DNA of 64,000 nucleotides from Patescibacteria group bacterium (GTDB lineage: Bacteria > Patescibacteriota > Patescibacteriia > Patescibacteriales > UBA12465). Position numbers and translations under genes: made by a program. The stretch spans positions 147,835-211,834 of the forward strand of contig JBAZJV010000001.1 of the NCBI GenBank assembly GCA_041651095.1, read 5' to 3'. The first letter of the stretch is position 1, and each line of letters opens with the position of its first letter. Positions 7,997-16,801 of this stretch are shown here, piece after piece. The notes beneath the pieces were generated by a model. That model was not told the DNA's origin. It saw nothing but the letters and a program-made list of their open reading frames with translations, and did no database searches.

Positions 7997-8947
7997 ATGA
8001 TACGTTCAACCACCATTTTAGTAACCTGCTACGTCAACCCCGATCTGGACGGTTTTGCCAGCGCGGTGGCTTATGCCGAGTTCCTGAATCTTCATGGCCG
8101 GACAGCGCAGACCGGCATTTTGGGCGAACCTCATGCGGAGGCCAAGTATGTCGTCGATCGTTTCAAATTAGCGCCGCCGCCTGAAATAGCCAATGCTGAT
8201 GATTTTACGGCGGTTATCCTCGTTGACGCCAGCGATCTGAACGGATTGGAAGGCCGCGTGCCGCCGCAAAAAGTGATTGAGATTATCGATCATCGGCCCG
8301 TCAATGAAACGGAAAAGTTTACTCGGGCGAAAGTGCAGATTGAACTGGTCGGCGCGGCCGCGACTTTAATCGCGGAAAAATTCCAGTCGACCGGCTCGGC
8401 CGTATCGCCGGCCGCCGCCATTCTGCTTTATAGCGCGATCATTTCCAATACTTTGAATTTCCAAGCCAGTATTACCACGGAGCGCGACCGGGAAATGGCG
8501 GCTTGGCTCAGGCAGTTTGTCGGTGTGGCGGATGATTATTGGCGGGAACTATTCATCGCTAAGTCTGATTTATCCGGCAGCAAGCTAGCCAAACAGATCA
8601 GGAGCGACTTCGCTTGGTTCGTCCTGGAAGGGAAGAGAATCGGGGTAGCGCAACTGGAGATTATCGGCGCCGAGCAGCTAATTAGCGGCCGGTTGCCGGA
8701 AATTATCGCCGAACTGGGTCGACTGAAGGCCGATCTGAATTTGGATTATGTTTTCCAGAACACTATCGAGCTGGAGCAAACCGGCAATTATCTCGTGGCG
8801 CTGGATCGCGCTACCGAAAAAATTTTGACCCGAGCCTTAAATTTACAGTTTTCCAACCAGGTCGCTAAACGCCAGAAGCTGATTATGCGGAAACAGATCA
8901 TGCCGTTAATTAAAGCCGAATTGGAGAATAAAAGATTCATTTTTTAA
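7997..8947 (+). CDS. DHH/DHHA2 family phosphoesterase (family II pyrophosphatase-like)
   Basis: 316 aa with NPDLDGFASAVAYAEFL, ILVDASD and IIDHRP (a DHH-motif variant). The C-terminal region AKSDLSG...RIGVAQLEI resembles DHHA2. Confidence 0.7.
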   Translation: MIRSTTILVTCYVNPDLDGFASAVAYAEFLNLHGRTAQTGILGEPHAEAKYVVDRFKLAPPPEIANADDFTAVILVDASDLNGLEGRVPPQKVIEIIDHRPVNETEKFTRAKVQIELVGAAATLIAEKFQSTGSAVSPAAAILLYSAIISNTLNFQASITTERDREMAAWLRQFVGVADDYWRELFIAKSDLSGSKLAKQIRSDFAWFVLEGKRIGVAQLEIIGAEQLISGRLPEIIAELGRLKADLNLDYVFQNTIELEQTGNYLVALDRATEKILTRALNLQFSNQVAKRQKLIMRKQIMPLIKAELENKRFIF

Positions 8948-8968
8948 TGTCAGTCCGATTAATTATTA

Positions 8969-8995
8969 ATCAGCCGTTATCGGTTGATTTTATTT
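8969..8995 (+). terminator. intrinsic terminator after the DHH gene
   Basis: ATCAGCCG-TTAT-CGGTTGAT hairpin (one G-U pair) followed by a T-rich tract. Confidence 0.55.
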
Positions 8996-9003
8996 AGGTT
9001 TAT

Positions 9004-9032
9004 TTGACAAAAATTGATTTTTAGTGTATATT
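9004..9032 (+). promoter_or_regulatory. sigma70-type promoter TTGACA-N17-TATATT
   Basis: TTGACA 9004-9009, a 17-nt spacer, then TATATT 9027-9032. It lies ~70 nt upstream of the GTG start at 9105, which has an AGGAGG RBS. Confidence 0.7.
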
Positions 9033-9104
9033 AAACAGTTATATAGTTATTTAAAAATTTAAGTAAATTAAGCAAAAATCTAATCATAAATCATAGGAGG
9101 GCAA

Positions 9105-10700
9105 GTGAAGAGATTAACAGTAATTCTAGTAATTATATTCTGGGCGTTGATTATAAAAGCCCAAGACAAAATGGATATCAGTTTCACCGATAGTACCATT
9201 TCCATTATTTTGTCAGGGCAGGGTGTTATCCCGGGATTTTCGCCGGATAATCATCATGAGTTTGCCTTGTCTTTCCATAAAGTCGGCAACGCTTACGAAG
9301 CGGTGTTACCGGATTTTCAAAGAGGCATGTCCGCTGGTAAATTCGGGCCAATCATTGACCAGCTGCCAGCTGATATCGTGCCGATTAAATTGTCCGCACC
9401 GCTAAGAATCACCGTGCATATTCCTATGGGAAAAGTTTTGTTCTGGGGTTGTCAGCTTTGGACCGATGAATCAGCGATATTAACTTTCCGGGATTATTTT
9501 CAAGCCCGGGAATTTCCCATCATCTTAGTCGACCGGGATAGATATCTGGTTAGAACATCTTGGTTCAACAAGCTAGACTCTATGTCCGTCGTCTACATTT
9601 GGGACGACAGCACGGGTCACGCCGCTTTGCCAACAGCTTTTACGGCAGTAGATACTGCGGCGTTGAACTTCGGATTAATTACTCCCACTTACCTGGATAA
9701 GCATGTTATGGCTTATTTTTCCCAGGATAGCCGCAAACAGTATATGTTGGCCTATTTTATTACCAGCCGCCGTATCATGACCGGGGCAGAGCACTATAGT
9801 CAGCCTTTCGTAATAACGCCGCCCAAATGGATCAGGGAAGACGGCGTGTTCCACACCCTATTCCATAGCCTGGTGGGCAAATCCATCATCCCCAAAGAAT
9901 ATATGCGCTCCGACGGCCGCTATTGTCCGGCTGACGCTCTGGGGATGTATGAAGGTTTGACTACCTACATGTCCAATAAATATATTCGAGATGATTTCGC
10001 CGCTAACCTGTCGGCGATGCTGTATCGAGCCTGTTTGCGGCCGGACCTGATTGATTTAAGAAAAATTGGTTTGGATGCGGAACAAGAATCATATTACGCC
10101 AAAGGATATTTATTTTGGCTATATATGGAGGCTAACGGGCTTAATGTTGAATTGTTTACGAAATGGCTCTTTTCCATTTATCTGATTAATAAGCCATTCC
10201 CATATCAATTCGATTGGCAGGACGTAGTACATTGGATTAGCACTTATGATCAGCGTTTAGGCAAATTGGCCGAGGAAGTTTCTAGCGGCGCCTATCTTGA
10301 TGCAGCCTTTGAAATATTGGAAAAATCCGGCTGGTCGCCGATTCCGCTTAAGGATATGCCGGATTGGTATGACTTTTATGTCGGACCATACTCAGTCAAA
10401 CCGGGCGGTTATCAACTGCCGACTAATGAATATCCGCTTATGGATTCAGCGTATCCGGAATATTTATTAGAAAATGGTAAAAAATTTCAACTCGAAGCCA
10501 ATAAGAATAATCCGGCGTTGCGTCGGATTAAAGATAATCCTAGTCAAATGTTTTCGGTCCAATTCTCCGACAGCCGAGTCATAGAATTACGTGATTCTTT
10601 AACATTAGGCTCTCGTCCTTACTTTTTGGGCGGAAAGATAGATTATCAAAAAAATCCAGATTTTTGGAGAATGTTAACCAAATATACTCCAATCCAGTAA
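9105..10700 (+). CDS. secreted hypothetical protein
   Basis: 531 aa with a GTG start 6 nt after AGGAGG. Signal-peptide-like N-terminus MKRLTVILVIIFWALIIKAQ. GC is lower than in flanking genes. No family recognised; it carries an HTLFH HxxxH string, not HExxH. Confidence 0.7.
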   Translation: MKRLTVILVIIFWALIIKAQDKMDISFTDSTISIILSGQGVIPGFSPDNHHEFALSFHKVGNAYEAVLPDFQRGMSAGKFGPIIDQLPADIVPIKLSAPLRITVHIPMGKVLFWGCQLWTDESAILTFRDYFQAREFPIILVDRDRYLVRTSWFNKLDSMSVVYIWDDSTGHAALPTAFTAVDTAALNFGLITPTYLDKHVMAYFSQDSRKQYMLAYFITSRRIMTGAEHYSQPFVITPPKWIREDGVFHTLFHSLVGKSIIPKEYMRSDGRYCPADALGMYEGLTTYMSNKYIRDDFAANLSAMLYRACLRPDLIDLRKIGLDAEQESYYAKGYLFWLYMEANGLNVELFTKWLFSIYLINKPFPYQFDWQDVVHWISTYDQRLGKLAEEVSSGAYLDAAFEILEKSGWSPIPLKDMPDWYDFYVGPYSVKPGGYQLPTNEYPLMDSAYPEYLLENGKKFQLEANKNNPALRRIKDNPSQMFSVQFSDSRVIELRDSLTLGSRPYFLGGKIDYQKNPDFWRMLTKYTPIQ

Positions 10701-10722
10701 ATTAACAAATTAGCATCAAATC

Positions 10723-10750
10723 CCCCGTTGTTTTAACAGCGGGGTTTTTA
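10723..10750 (+). terminator. intrinsic terminator
   Basis: CCCCGTTG-TTTTAA-CAGCGGGG hairpin followed by TTTTTATTT. Confidence 0.7.
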
Positions 10751-10816
10751 TTTGTATTTTTTATCGTCCGGCCGGCGTATTACTTTATGAAGCTAATTAT
10801 CTAAATATTTAAATTT

Positions 10817-11254
10817 ATGCTAAAAATCGGCGACAGGACTCCTGATTGGGAGGCTAAAGATCAGAATGGAGATATCCATCGTTCTGCCGATTATCTCGGC
10901 CACTGGGTCGTCCTGTATTTTTATCCCAAAGACAATACACCGGGCTGTACGCAAGAAGCTTGCGCTTTCCGTGACGCTTATCCGGAATTTAAAAAGGACA
11001 AGGTGGCCGTGCTCGGCGTCAGCAAGGATTCAATAGAAAGCCACGAGAAGTTCGCTAACGAGTTCCGTTTACCTTTCACGCTCTTAGCTGATGTTGACCA
11101 CCGTTTGGTTAAAGATTTCGGTGCTGACGGGTTATCCGGGCGCATTTCTTATCTGATTGATCCGAGCGGCCGGATCGCCAAGGCTTATAGCCGGGTCAAT
11201 CCGGCTGAGCATGCTCAAGAAGTGCTGCGCGATTTGGCGGCATTGGAAAAATAA
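10817..11254 (+). CDS. bcp: thioredoxin-dependent thiol peroxidase (peroxiredoxin Bcp)
   Basis: 145 aa with the YFYPKDNTPGCTQEACAFRD peroxidatic-Cys motif. Confidence 0.9.
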   Translation: MLKIGDRTPDWEAKDQNGDIHRSADYLGHWVVLYFYPKDNTPGCTQEACAFRDAYPEFKKDKVAVLGVSKDSIESHEKFANEFRLPFTLLADVDHRLVKDFGADGLSGRISYLIDPSGRIAKAYSRVNPAEHAQEVLRDLAALEK

Positions 11255-11304
11255 GGCCCGGCTTGTTATAATAGGAATATAGCCACTAGGGTGGCGTTTC
11301 CTAT

Positions 11305-11718
11305 ATGGATTATCGCAAATTTCGTTCCCGGCGGTTCTGGCGGCACCTTATTTCGGCGCCTTTTATCTGGTTGCCGGTTTTGCCGTTGCTGCTCTTGGAT
11401 ATAGGCGTCTCGCTATATCAAGCTATTTGTTTTCCGCTTTATGGATTAGAGAAGGTCAAACGTTCGACCTACATTCTTGTTTTAGACCGCAATAAATTAG
11501 ATTATCTGAAGCCGCTGCAGAAAATTAACTGCATGTATTGCGGCTACGCCAACGGGTTTTTGCTGTACGCCAAAGAGATCGCCGGCCGCACCGAAAAATA
11601 CTGGTGTGGCATCATGCACGAGAATCGGCCCGGCTTCAAGACCCAAGTCAGCCAGGTCGAACAGGATTTTTCCCGTTTCGGCGATGAAGCTGATTTTCAT
11701 AATAAATACGGCGTTTAG
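11305..11718 (+). CDS. conserved hypothetical membrane protein with a Cys-rich motif
   Basis: 137 aa with an N-terminal TM region and NCMYCGYANG...YWCGIMHE motifs. Confidence 0.6.
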   Translation: MDYRKFRSRRFWRHLISAPFIWLPVLPLLLLDIGVSLYQAICFPLYGLEKVKRSTYILVLDRNKLDYLKPLQKINCMYCGYANGFLLYAKEIAGRTEKYWCGIMHENRPGFKTQVSQVEQDFSRFGDEADFHNKYGV

Positions 11719-11771
11719 CCGTTTTTATTCAGCTAATTTTTAAGATCCGCGTTATCGCGGGCGTTAAAATT

Positions 11772-12557
11772 ATGAAAAAATTTTTTATTTTATTAGTCTT
11801 AGCGGCCATATGGGGAGCCGCGGCAGCTGTCTTGCCGGCTAGAGCAGCAGAGCTGGAAAAGATCCTGACGCCCGATCAGATCAAGAATTACCAGGGAATA
11901 ATCAAGCGCGGCACCTCCTTGTATGGCATCAAAATAGAGAAGGCGTTGCAGGAAATCAAAGCCGACCTTCAGAATCTGGCAGATAGTGCCAGCAGCACTC
12001 CCGGCACCGGCGAAGACGCCAGTTTGACGAGCCGACAACTAGAAAAGATCGCGACGCCAGCCCAGATCCCGCTGTTTGAAAAGATAATCAAGATCGGTAC
12101 GGCCTTATGGGGCGTCAAGAAAGACATAGTTGATACTTTAAGGAGCAAGGCCTCGACTACGCCGGCCGTAATTTCCGCCAGCGAATCGGTCTGCGTCACG
12201 GCGGCGATAGACGTTAAAGATAAGGCCTTGATGGAAAAAATTACGGCTGCCGCCACTGGTCTGAATGCGGCGATTACGGCGCGCAGCGCTTGCCAGCAGA
12301 CCGCGATCCAATCAGCGGACCGCCAGCGGGCCAATCTGGAAGCTTGCGTCAAGACTTTCCAAAATGCCAGGAAGCAAGTTAATAATACGGCCCGCGCCGC
12401 TCAGCAGGCAATCTGGAAAACTTATCAGGCCAGCTTGAAGGCTTGCCGCCAGACTGTTGCCACCGGCACGGCGGCCACAGCCGAAACCGCTGAAATCATG
12501 ATTAACGACGGCAGCGAGGGTATCATGAATATGGTAACCGATATGGTCCAGCAGTGA
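11772..12557 (+). CDS. secreted hypothetical protein with an internal repeat
   Basis: 261 aa with signal peptide MKKFFILLVLAAIWGAAAAVLPARA. Contains the repeated block LEKI(L/A)TP.QI....II(K)(R/I)GT(S/A)L(Y/W)G(I/V)K. Confidence 0.65.
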   Translation: MKKFFILLVLAAIWGAAAAVLPARAAELEKILTPDQIKNYQGIIKRGTSLYGIKIEKALQEIKADLQNLADSASSTPGTGEDASLTSRQLEKIATPAQIPLFEKIIKIGTALWGVKKDIVDTLRSKASTTPAVISASESVCVTAAIDVKDKALMEKITAAATGLNAAITARSACQQTAIQSADRQRANLEACVKTFQNARKQVNNTARAAQQAIWKTYQASLKACRQTVATGTAATAETAEIMINDGSEGIMNMVTDMVQQ

Positions 12558-12580
12558 TTTCAAGAAGATTTATCGACCAG

Positions 12581-12608
12581 AAAAGCCCGTTACCAGCGGG
12601 CTTTTTGT
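12581..12608 (+). terminator. intrinsic terminator
   Basis: AAAAGCCCG-TTACCAG-CGGGCTTTTTG hairpin followed by a T-run. Confidence 0.75.
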
Positions 12609-12672
12609 TAGTTATTTTGGCTTGTTTTTCAGCCGATTTTATGTTAGAGTAGCTTTAGAAAATCAGGTATAA

Positions 12673-12759
12673 GGAGAGGTGCTAGAGTGGTTTAATAGGA
12701 CAGTCTTGAAAACTGTTGTCGATGCAAGTCGACCCAGGGTTCGAATCCCTGCCTCTCCG
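12673..12759 (+). tRNA. tRNA-Ser (anticodon UGA)
   Basis: Manual cloverleaf fold. Acceptor GGAGAGG/CCTCTCC; D stem CTA/TAG with a GG loop; anticodon stem ACAGT/ACTGT with loop CTTGAAA; long variable arm GTCGA-TGCAAG-TCGAC; T arm CAGGG-TTCGAAT-CCCTG; discriminator G. CCA is not encoded. Confidence 0.95.
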
Positions 12760-12784
12760 CAGAAAGTAAAAATAAATTTCAATT

Positions 12785-13843
12785 ATGCCTTTTGGAGGTA
12801 TAGAACAATTTAATAGCGTACCGGGGAAAAAGAACTCTATAGATGAGACGGGCCGGGATTATTTTGAAAAGGACAAGAAGCCCGGTTATCGATATTACTA
12901 CCACGCCACCTTCTTGCCGCTTTTTGAAAAGGTTGCAACTAGCGGGGTTTTTAAATTTAAAGAACATGTGCCAAATCTTACTATATCGCCAAATTTTAGT
13001 TTTCATTTTATTGCTAGCGAAGTGAGAAAGGGGCCAGAACAATTATTAAATAGGATGAAGCATTTGCCAGTCGACGAGAAAGAGCGCTTTGATCGGGAAA
13101 GATTTAATAATGATGAGGCCGTGATGCTAGTTATTGAGCCCGATGAAATATATAAGGTTTATAGTTCGTCCGAAGGAGCACCGAATATTTTTTCCACCGT
13201 CGACCAAATACCAGACGATGTCGATCGGGTGATTAGAACGCGCATCTGGGACTCTTATCAACATGCTATGTCAAAGGAGCCAATTTCTAAAACTCATACT
13301 TCCGGCATTAAACATCCCGGTTTGCGTCTTAATAAAAAAATACTGTCGGATGGAACATGGGAAAAGCTTCCAGAAGAACAGCGCATTAATCTTCCCGGCG
13401 AGCTGCCGGCTGATGCCATAAAGATGGCAATAAAAAGAAACCCTGAATTCTTAGGTATTTTTACGGAACTTAATAATAAGCTATCTGATGGCGGTCCAAT
13501 AGATTTTTCTCTATTCCAAGAAAAATTATCGGCATATCTCAAGAACGGACAAGGGATAATAAAAGACGAAATACCAGACAAAAAAGAATTGGCCGCGAAT
13601 ATGATCATGGGGGAAATTGAACATTTTTTGGTTTCGGCTGTAAGGCGCTTATATTTAGAAGTACAGAAATATAAAGGAAAAAAGATTTTAAAAGGGAAGG
13701 ATATGTCAGAACTCCCCGGCCCCGCCAGCAACCGAGAGCAATTACTTCAGAGAATACAAAAACTCACATCAATCGATCCCGGGAATGATGTCTTAAAGAG
13801 ATATATCGCTTCTGCTACCCGGGCCATAGAAAATGAAATTTAG
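12785..13843 (+). CDS. hypothetical protein
   Basis: 352-aa ORF starting 25 nt after the tRNA. No family recognised. A strong terminator follows. Confidence 0.6.
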   Translation: MPFGGIEQFNSVPGKKNSIDETGRDYFEKDKKPGYRYYYHATFLPLFEKVATSGVFKFKEHVPNLTISPNFSFHFIASEVRKGPEQLLNRMKHLPVDEKERFDRERFNNDEAVMLVIEPDEIYKVYSSSEGAPNIFSTVDQIPDDVDRVIRTRIWDSYQHAMSKEPISKTHTSGIKHPGLRLNKKILSDGTWEKLPEEQRINLPGELPADAIKMAIKRNPEFLGIFTELNNKLSDGGPIDFSLFQEKLSAYLKNGQGIIKDEIPDKKELAANMIMGEIEHFLVSAVRRLYLEVQKYKGKKILKGKDMSELPGPASNREQLLQRIQKLTSIDPGNDVLKRYIASATRAIENEI

Positions 13844-13846
13844 AAA

Positions 13847-13875
13847 CCGTCCAACTACGTCCCGCCCTCTCCGCA
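13847..13875 (+). repeat. copy 2 of the tRNA-Ser 3'-end-like motif
   Basis: CCGTCCAACTACGTCCCGCCCTCTCCGCA. It begins 4 nt after the stop codon and lies just before a terminator hairpin. Confidence 0.6.
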
Positions 13876-13882
13876 ATGAGAT

Positions 13883-13916
13883 AAAGACAGAGCCTAAGGC
13901 TCTGTCTTTGCTTTAT
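13883..13916 (+). terminator. intrinsic terminator
   Basis: Perfect 12-bp stem AAAGACAGAGCC-TAA-GGCTCTGTCTTT followed by GCTTTATC. Confidence 0.75.
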
Positions 13917-14024
13917 CTATAGGCGTATTCTGAGTTCCGGGGCAGTTCGAACGTTGTAATTTTCTCTTTAATAATAGCTTGTTTTATGATAAACTAAACA
14001 TAAGGGTGAAATAATTTAGTTATT

Positions 14025-15005
14025 ATGAAAGTATTAATCAAAAATCTGGCAAATCTCTGCGTGAAGATTCTGGAGAAAAAAGGTCTTTCCCAAAAGGATG
14101 CGCTTGTTATTTTTAATGACTATCTTGAACAAGAATTACAAGGGAAATCAGATCACGGTTTTCAGTCTTTTATCGGGTTCGGAGCAAAATTAGTTAAACC
14201 AGATGGTGCGCCAAAAATTATAAAACAGAATAGCGCTTTTCTTTTTATTGATGGGAAGAAGAACTTGGGGCAGATTGTTTGTAATAAGTTTATGCCTGTT
14301 TTGATGAAAAAGGCTAAGAAAAACGGTATCGCCATGATGGGAATATCAAACATGCATTCCTATCTTGCCCCTGGTAAATATGCTGGCTGGGCCGCGGAAA
14401 ATGATTTAGTGGCAATAATTATAAATTATGGCGGTTGGCCAAGAATTGCTCCGAGTGGCTCTATTGATCCTATATTTGGCACAAACCCGATTGCCATTGG
14501 TATTCCATCTAAAAGATTCCCTTTGGTGCTTGATATGGCCACTTCAAAAGTTGCTTTAATGAAAATAAGGTTAGCGCAAAAACTTGGATTCAATATTCCG
14601 TTCGATTGGGCGATCGATAAAAATGGAAAACCGACTACTAATCCGGCAAAAGCCCTGGAAGGCGCCGTTTTGCCATTTGGCGATTATAAGGGTTCTGGAT
14701 TAGCCTTGATGATTGAACTGCTCACAAAAACTTTATTTAATATAAATATCCACGATAAGCACAAAGTTAATAGAGGATTTTTCTTCATCTGTTTCGACCC
14801 ATCAGTTTTCCAAAATATCAATAAATATAAAGCTGACGTGACGGCCGTAATTGAAAAAATAAAAAGATCCAGAAAGGCCAAGGGTGTCAAAGAGATTTTT
14901 ATTCCCGGTGAACAGACTTATAGGACTAAGATTAGAAATACGAAAAAGAAATATATTAATTTGGATAAGGGAATAATGGAAGAAATAACTAATTTTAAGG
15001 ATTAA
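14025..15005 (+). CDS. Ldh_2 family (malate/L-lactate/sulfolactate-type) dehydrogenase
   Basis: 326 aa with SDHGFQSF, FGTNPIAIGIP, LDMATSKVALMKI and LPFGDYKGSGLALMIELL, which are typical of the Ldh_2 family. Confidence 0.8.
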   Translation: MKVLIKNLANLCVKILEKKGLSQKDALVIFNDYLEQELQGKSDHGFQSFIGFGAKLVKPDGAPKIIKQNSAFLFIDGKKNLGQIVCNKFMPVLMKKAKKNGIAMMGISNMHSYLAPGKYAGWAAENDLVAIIINYGGWPRIAPSGSIDPIFGTNPIAIGIPSKRFPLVLDMATSKVALMKIRLAQKLGFNIPFDWAIDKNGKPTTNPAKALEGAVLPFGDYKGSGLALMIELLTKTLFNINIHDKHKVNRGFFFICFDPSVFQNINKYKADVTAVIEKIKRSRKAKGVKEIFIPGEQTYRTKIRNTKKKYINLDKGIMEEITNFKD

Positions 15006-15057
15006 TTAAAATTTGTTAATTTTATTTACATTTTTCCTTATTCCAAGTTCAGATATA

Positions 15058-15074
15058 GCCCCACCTTCTCCGCA
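15058..15074 (+). repeat. copy 3 (short) of the tRNA-Ser 3'-end-like motif
   Basis: GCCCCACCTTCTCCGCA is a near match to the 3' part of copies 1 and 2. It lies after the Ldh_2 gene and before a weak hairpin with a T-run. Confidence 0.45.
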
Positions 15075-15210
15075 GACTGAAAAATGGCCCTGAATAGGGG
15101 TTATTTTTAATAGGGAGTTTATCGCCCTGGAACGATATGATATGATTATCGTATTGGATCCCGCCATCTCCCGGATGAAGATTAATATAATGATTTATTG
15201 ATTTTTAATT

Positions 15211-15927
15211 ATGATCGATGTTATTGAAAAAATAATTGCTGAAATAGACGCAAATGAAAAGGAATATTTCCTTTATCACCAGCATAGGTTTAAATATATA
15301 TTTTCTCTATTACAGCAGCATGATAATGGTGAGTCCCTGCTTGATATCGGGTCGCATTATGAGCATGTTTTGTTGGGGGCTCATTTTTTGGGCTATAAAA
15401 ATATATTCGGCATTGATTTAAGCGTTTTTAATGCCGTCGCAATCGATAGAGCTAAGAAAATAAATGCAGTAATTAAGGATTGCGATTTGGGGCAAGAGGG
15501 CATTCCTTTCGCTGACCAAAGCTTTAATATTGTTCTGCTGACCGAAACTCTCGAGCATTTTAACTTTCATCCCAAGAAAGTTTTTGCAGAGATTTCCAGG
15601 GTTTTAAAACCGGGCGGCGAGCTGGTTATCACTACGCCGAATCTTCTGAGATTGAACAATAGGCTAAAATTTATTTTAGGGAAAAGCATAAATTATGATA
15701 TTAAAGAAGATTATACGCCCGGGACGCACTTCAGAGAATATTCAGCCGTTGAGATAGCATATTTATTAAATATAGCCGGGCTTAAAAAAGTAAGATTGCA
15801 ATATATTGATTTTCATTATCCGAGCGGAAGTCAAATCGGGAACATGATAAATAAGGTTTTTGGGTATTTGTGCCCTAGTTTGGGGAAAAACATAATAATG
15901 ATTGGCAAAAAAGAGGGCCTATTATGA
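15211..15927 (+). CDS. class I SAM-dependent methyltransferase
   Basis: 238 aa with LLDIGSHYEH (motif I-like), IVLLTETLEH and VLKPGGELVITTPN. ATGA overlap with the next gene. Confidence 0.75.
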   Translation: MIDVIEKIIAEIDANEKEYFLYHQHRFKYIFSLLQQHDNGESLLDIGSHYEHVLLGAHFLGYKNIFGIDLSVFNAVAIDRAKKINAVIKDCDLGQEGIPFADQSFNIVLLTETLEHFNFHPKKVFAEISRVLKPGGELVITTPNLLRLNNRLKFILGKSINYDIKEDYTPGTHFREYSAVEIAYLLNIAGLKKVRLQYIDFHYPSGSQIGNMINKVFGYLCPSLGKNIIMIGKKEGLL

Positions 15928-16700
15928 TCTCTGAACGCTCATCAAAAAATAAAACAGTTCTGCTCATCGCCTCAGTCACTATTTTAGTATTGGGTATTTT
16001 GGTAATTTTTTTCTCCCCGGTCATGTTCCAGGAAGGCAATCCGTGGCCGCAGATTAAAGGCATCGCTCGGCTGACTTTTGGCAATAATGACCTGGTAAAA
16101 TTGGATATCGGAGGAAATAAATATATTACCAAAAGCGATAATCCGGAGATAATAAAATCTTTTATGAAAGCCAGAGGCTATGATTTTACGGAACAGCTGG
16201 GCTCGGGCTATCTTTTTAAATCGCCGACCGGAGTTGGCGCGGTCGCCGTTCATAGATATTACAGCCGATATTATTCTTTGTGGAGCGTTAGTGAAAATAT
16301 AGCTGCGCAAGACGAGACATTAGCCGATGAATTCAAAGAATGTTTGCCTAAAAGCGATAAGGCGAGTCAAGAAGGATGCAACGAATTGCTGGCTACGATC
16401 AGAAATTTTGATGATTGCGCTAATGCCGGTTTTCCTATTATGGAGTCCGATCCGCCGCAATGCGCTACTCCTGATGACAGAAATTTTACGGATGAAACTA
16501 ATAGTAAATGGAGTATCGTTTTGACCGCTCTGAACAATTGCGAAGCAAAAAGCGTATTTCAAACCCACAGTAAATTAGTAATGCTTAAGCTTAAAAATGG
16601 CGACCAGATTACCGCCTATGAACCTAAAATAGACGATGTAATGAGGGCAGTCGAAAGCTTGAATGGCAAATGCGGCGATATCCGAATAAGCACTGAATAA
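15924..16700 (+). CDS. membrane-anchored Cys-containing protein, short paralog of 2134..3348
   Basis: 258 aa with an N-terminal TM. FQEGNPWPQIKGI, GYDFTEQLGSGYLF and CLPKSD..CNELLATIRNFDDC..PPQCATPDDRNFTDETN..GKCGDIRISTE align with the 404-aa ORF. Confidence 0.7.
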   Translation: MISERSSKNKTVLLIASVTILVLGILVIFFSPVMFQEGNPWPQIKGIARLTFGNNDLVKLDIGGNKYITKSDNPEIIKSFMKARGYDFTEQLGSGYLFKSPTGVGAVAVHRYYSRYYSLWSVSENIAAQDETLADEFKECLPKSDKASQEGCNELLATIRNFDDCANAGFPIMESDPPQCATPDDRNFTDETNSKWSIVLTALNNCEAKSVFQTHSKLVMLKLKNGDQITAYEPKIDDVMRAVESLNGKCGDIRISTE

Positions 16701-16750
16701 TGGGCGACATTGGCCGGCTATTAATAGGATCTTTTAGAGTCGCCCGCGCT

Positions 16751-16779
16751 AAAAAACAGATAGTCGCCTATCTGTTTTT
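16751..16779. terminator. bidirectional intrinsic terminator between convergent genes
   Basis: AAAAA-ACAGATA-GTCGCC-TATCTGT-TTTT: a perfect 7-bp stem flanked by A and T runs. Confidence 0.75.
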
Positions 16780-16801
16780 AGTACCCTTATGTGACCTTGG
16801 T

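Larger units (their letters stand above)
12760..16779. mobile_element. AT-rich island downstream of tRNA-Ser (possible tandem integrated-element remnants; no integrase)
   Basis: It starts at the tRNA 3' end and has visibly lower GC. Direct copies of the tRNA-3'-end-like motif occur at 13847-13875 and 15058-15074. It ends at a bidirectional terminator. Confidence 0.35.
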
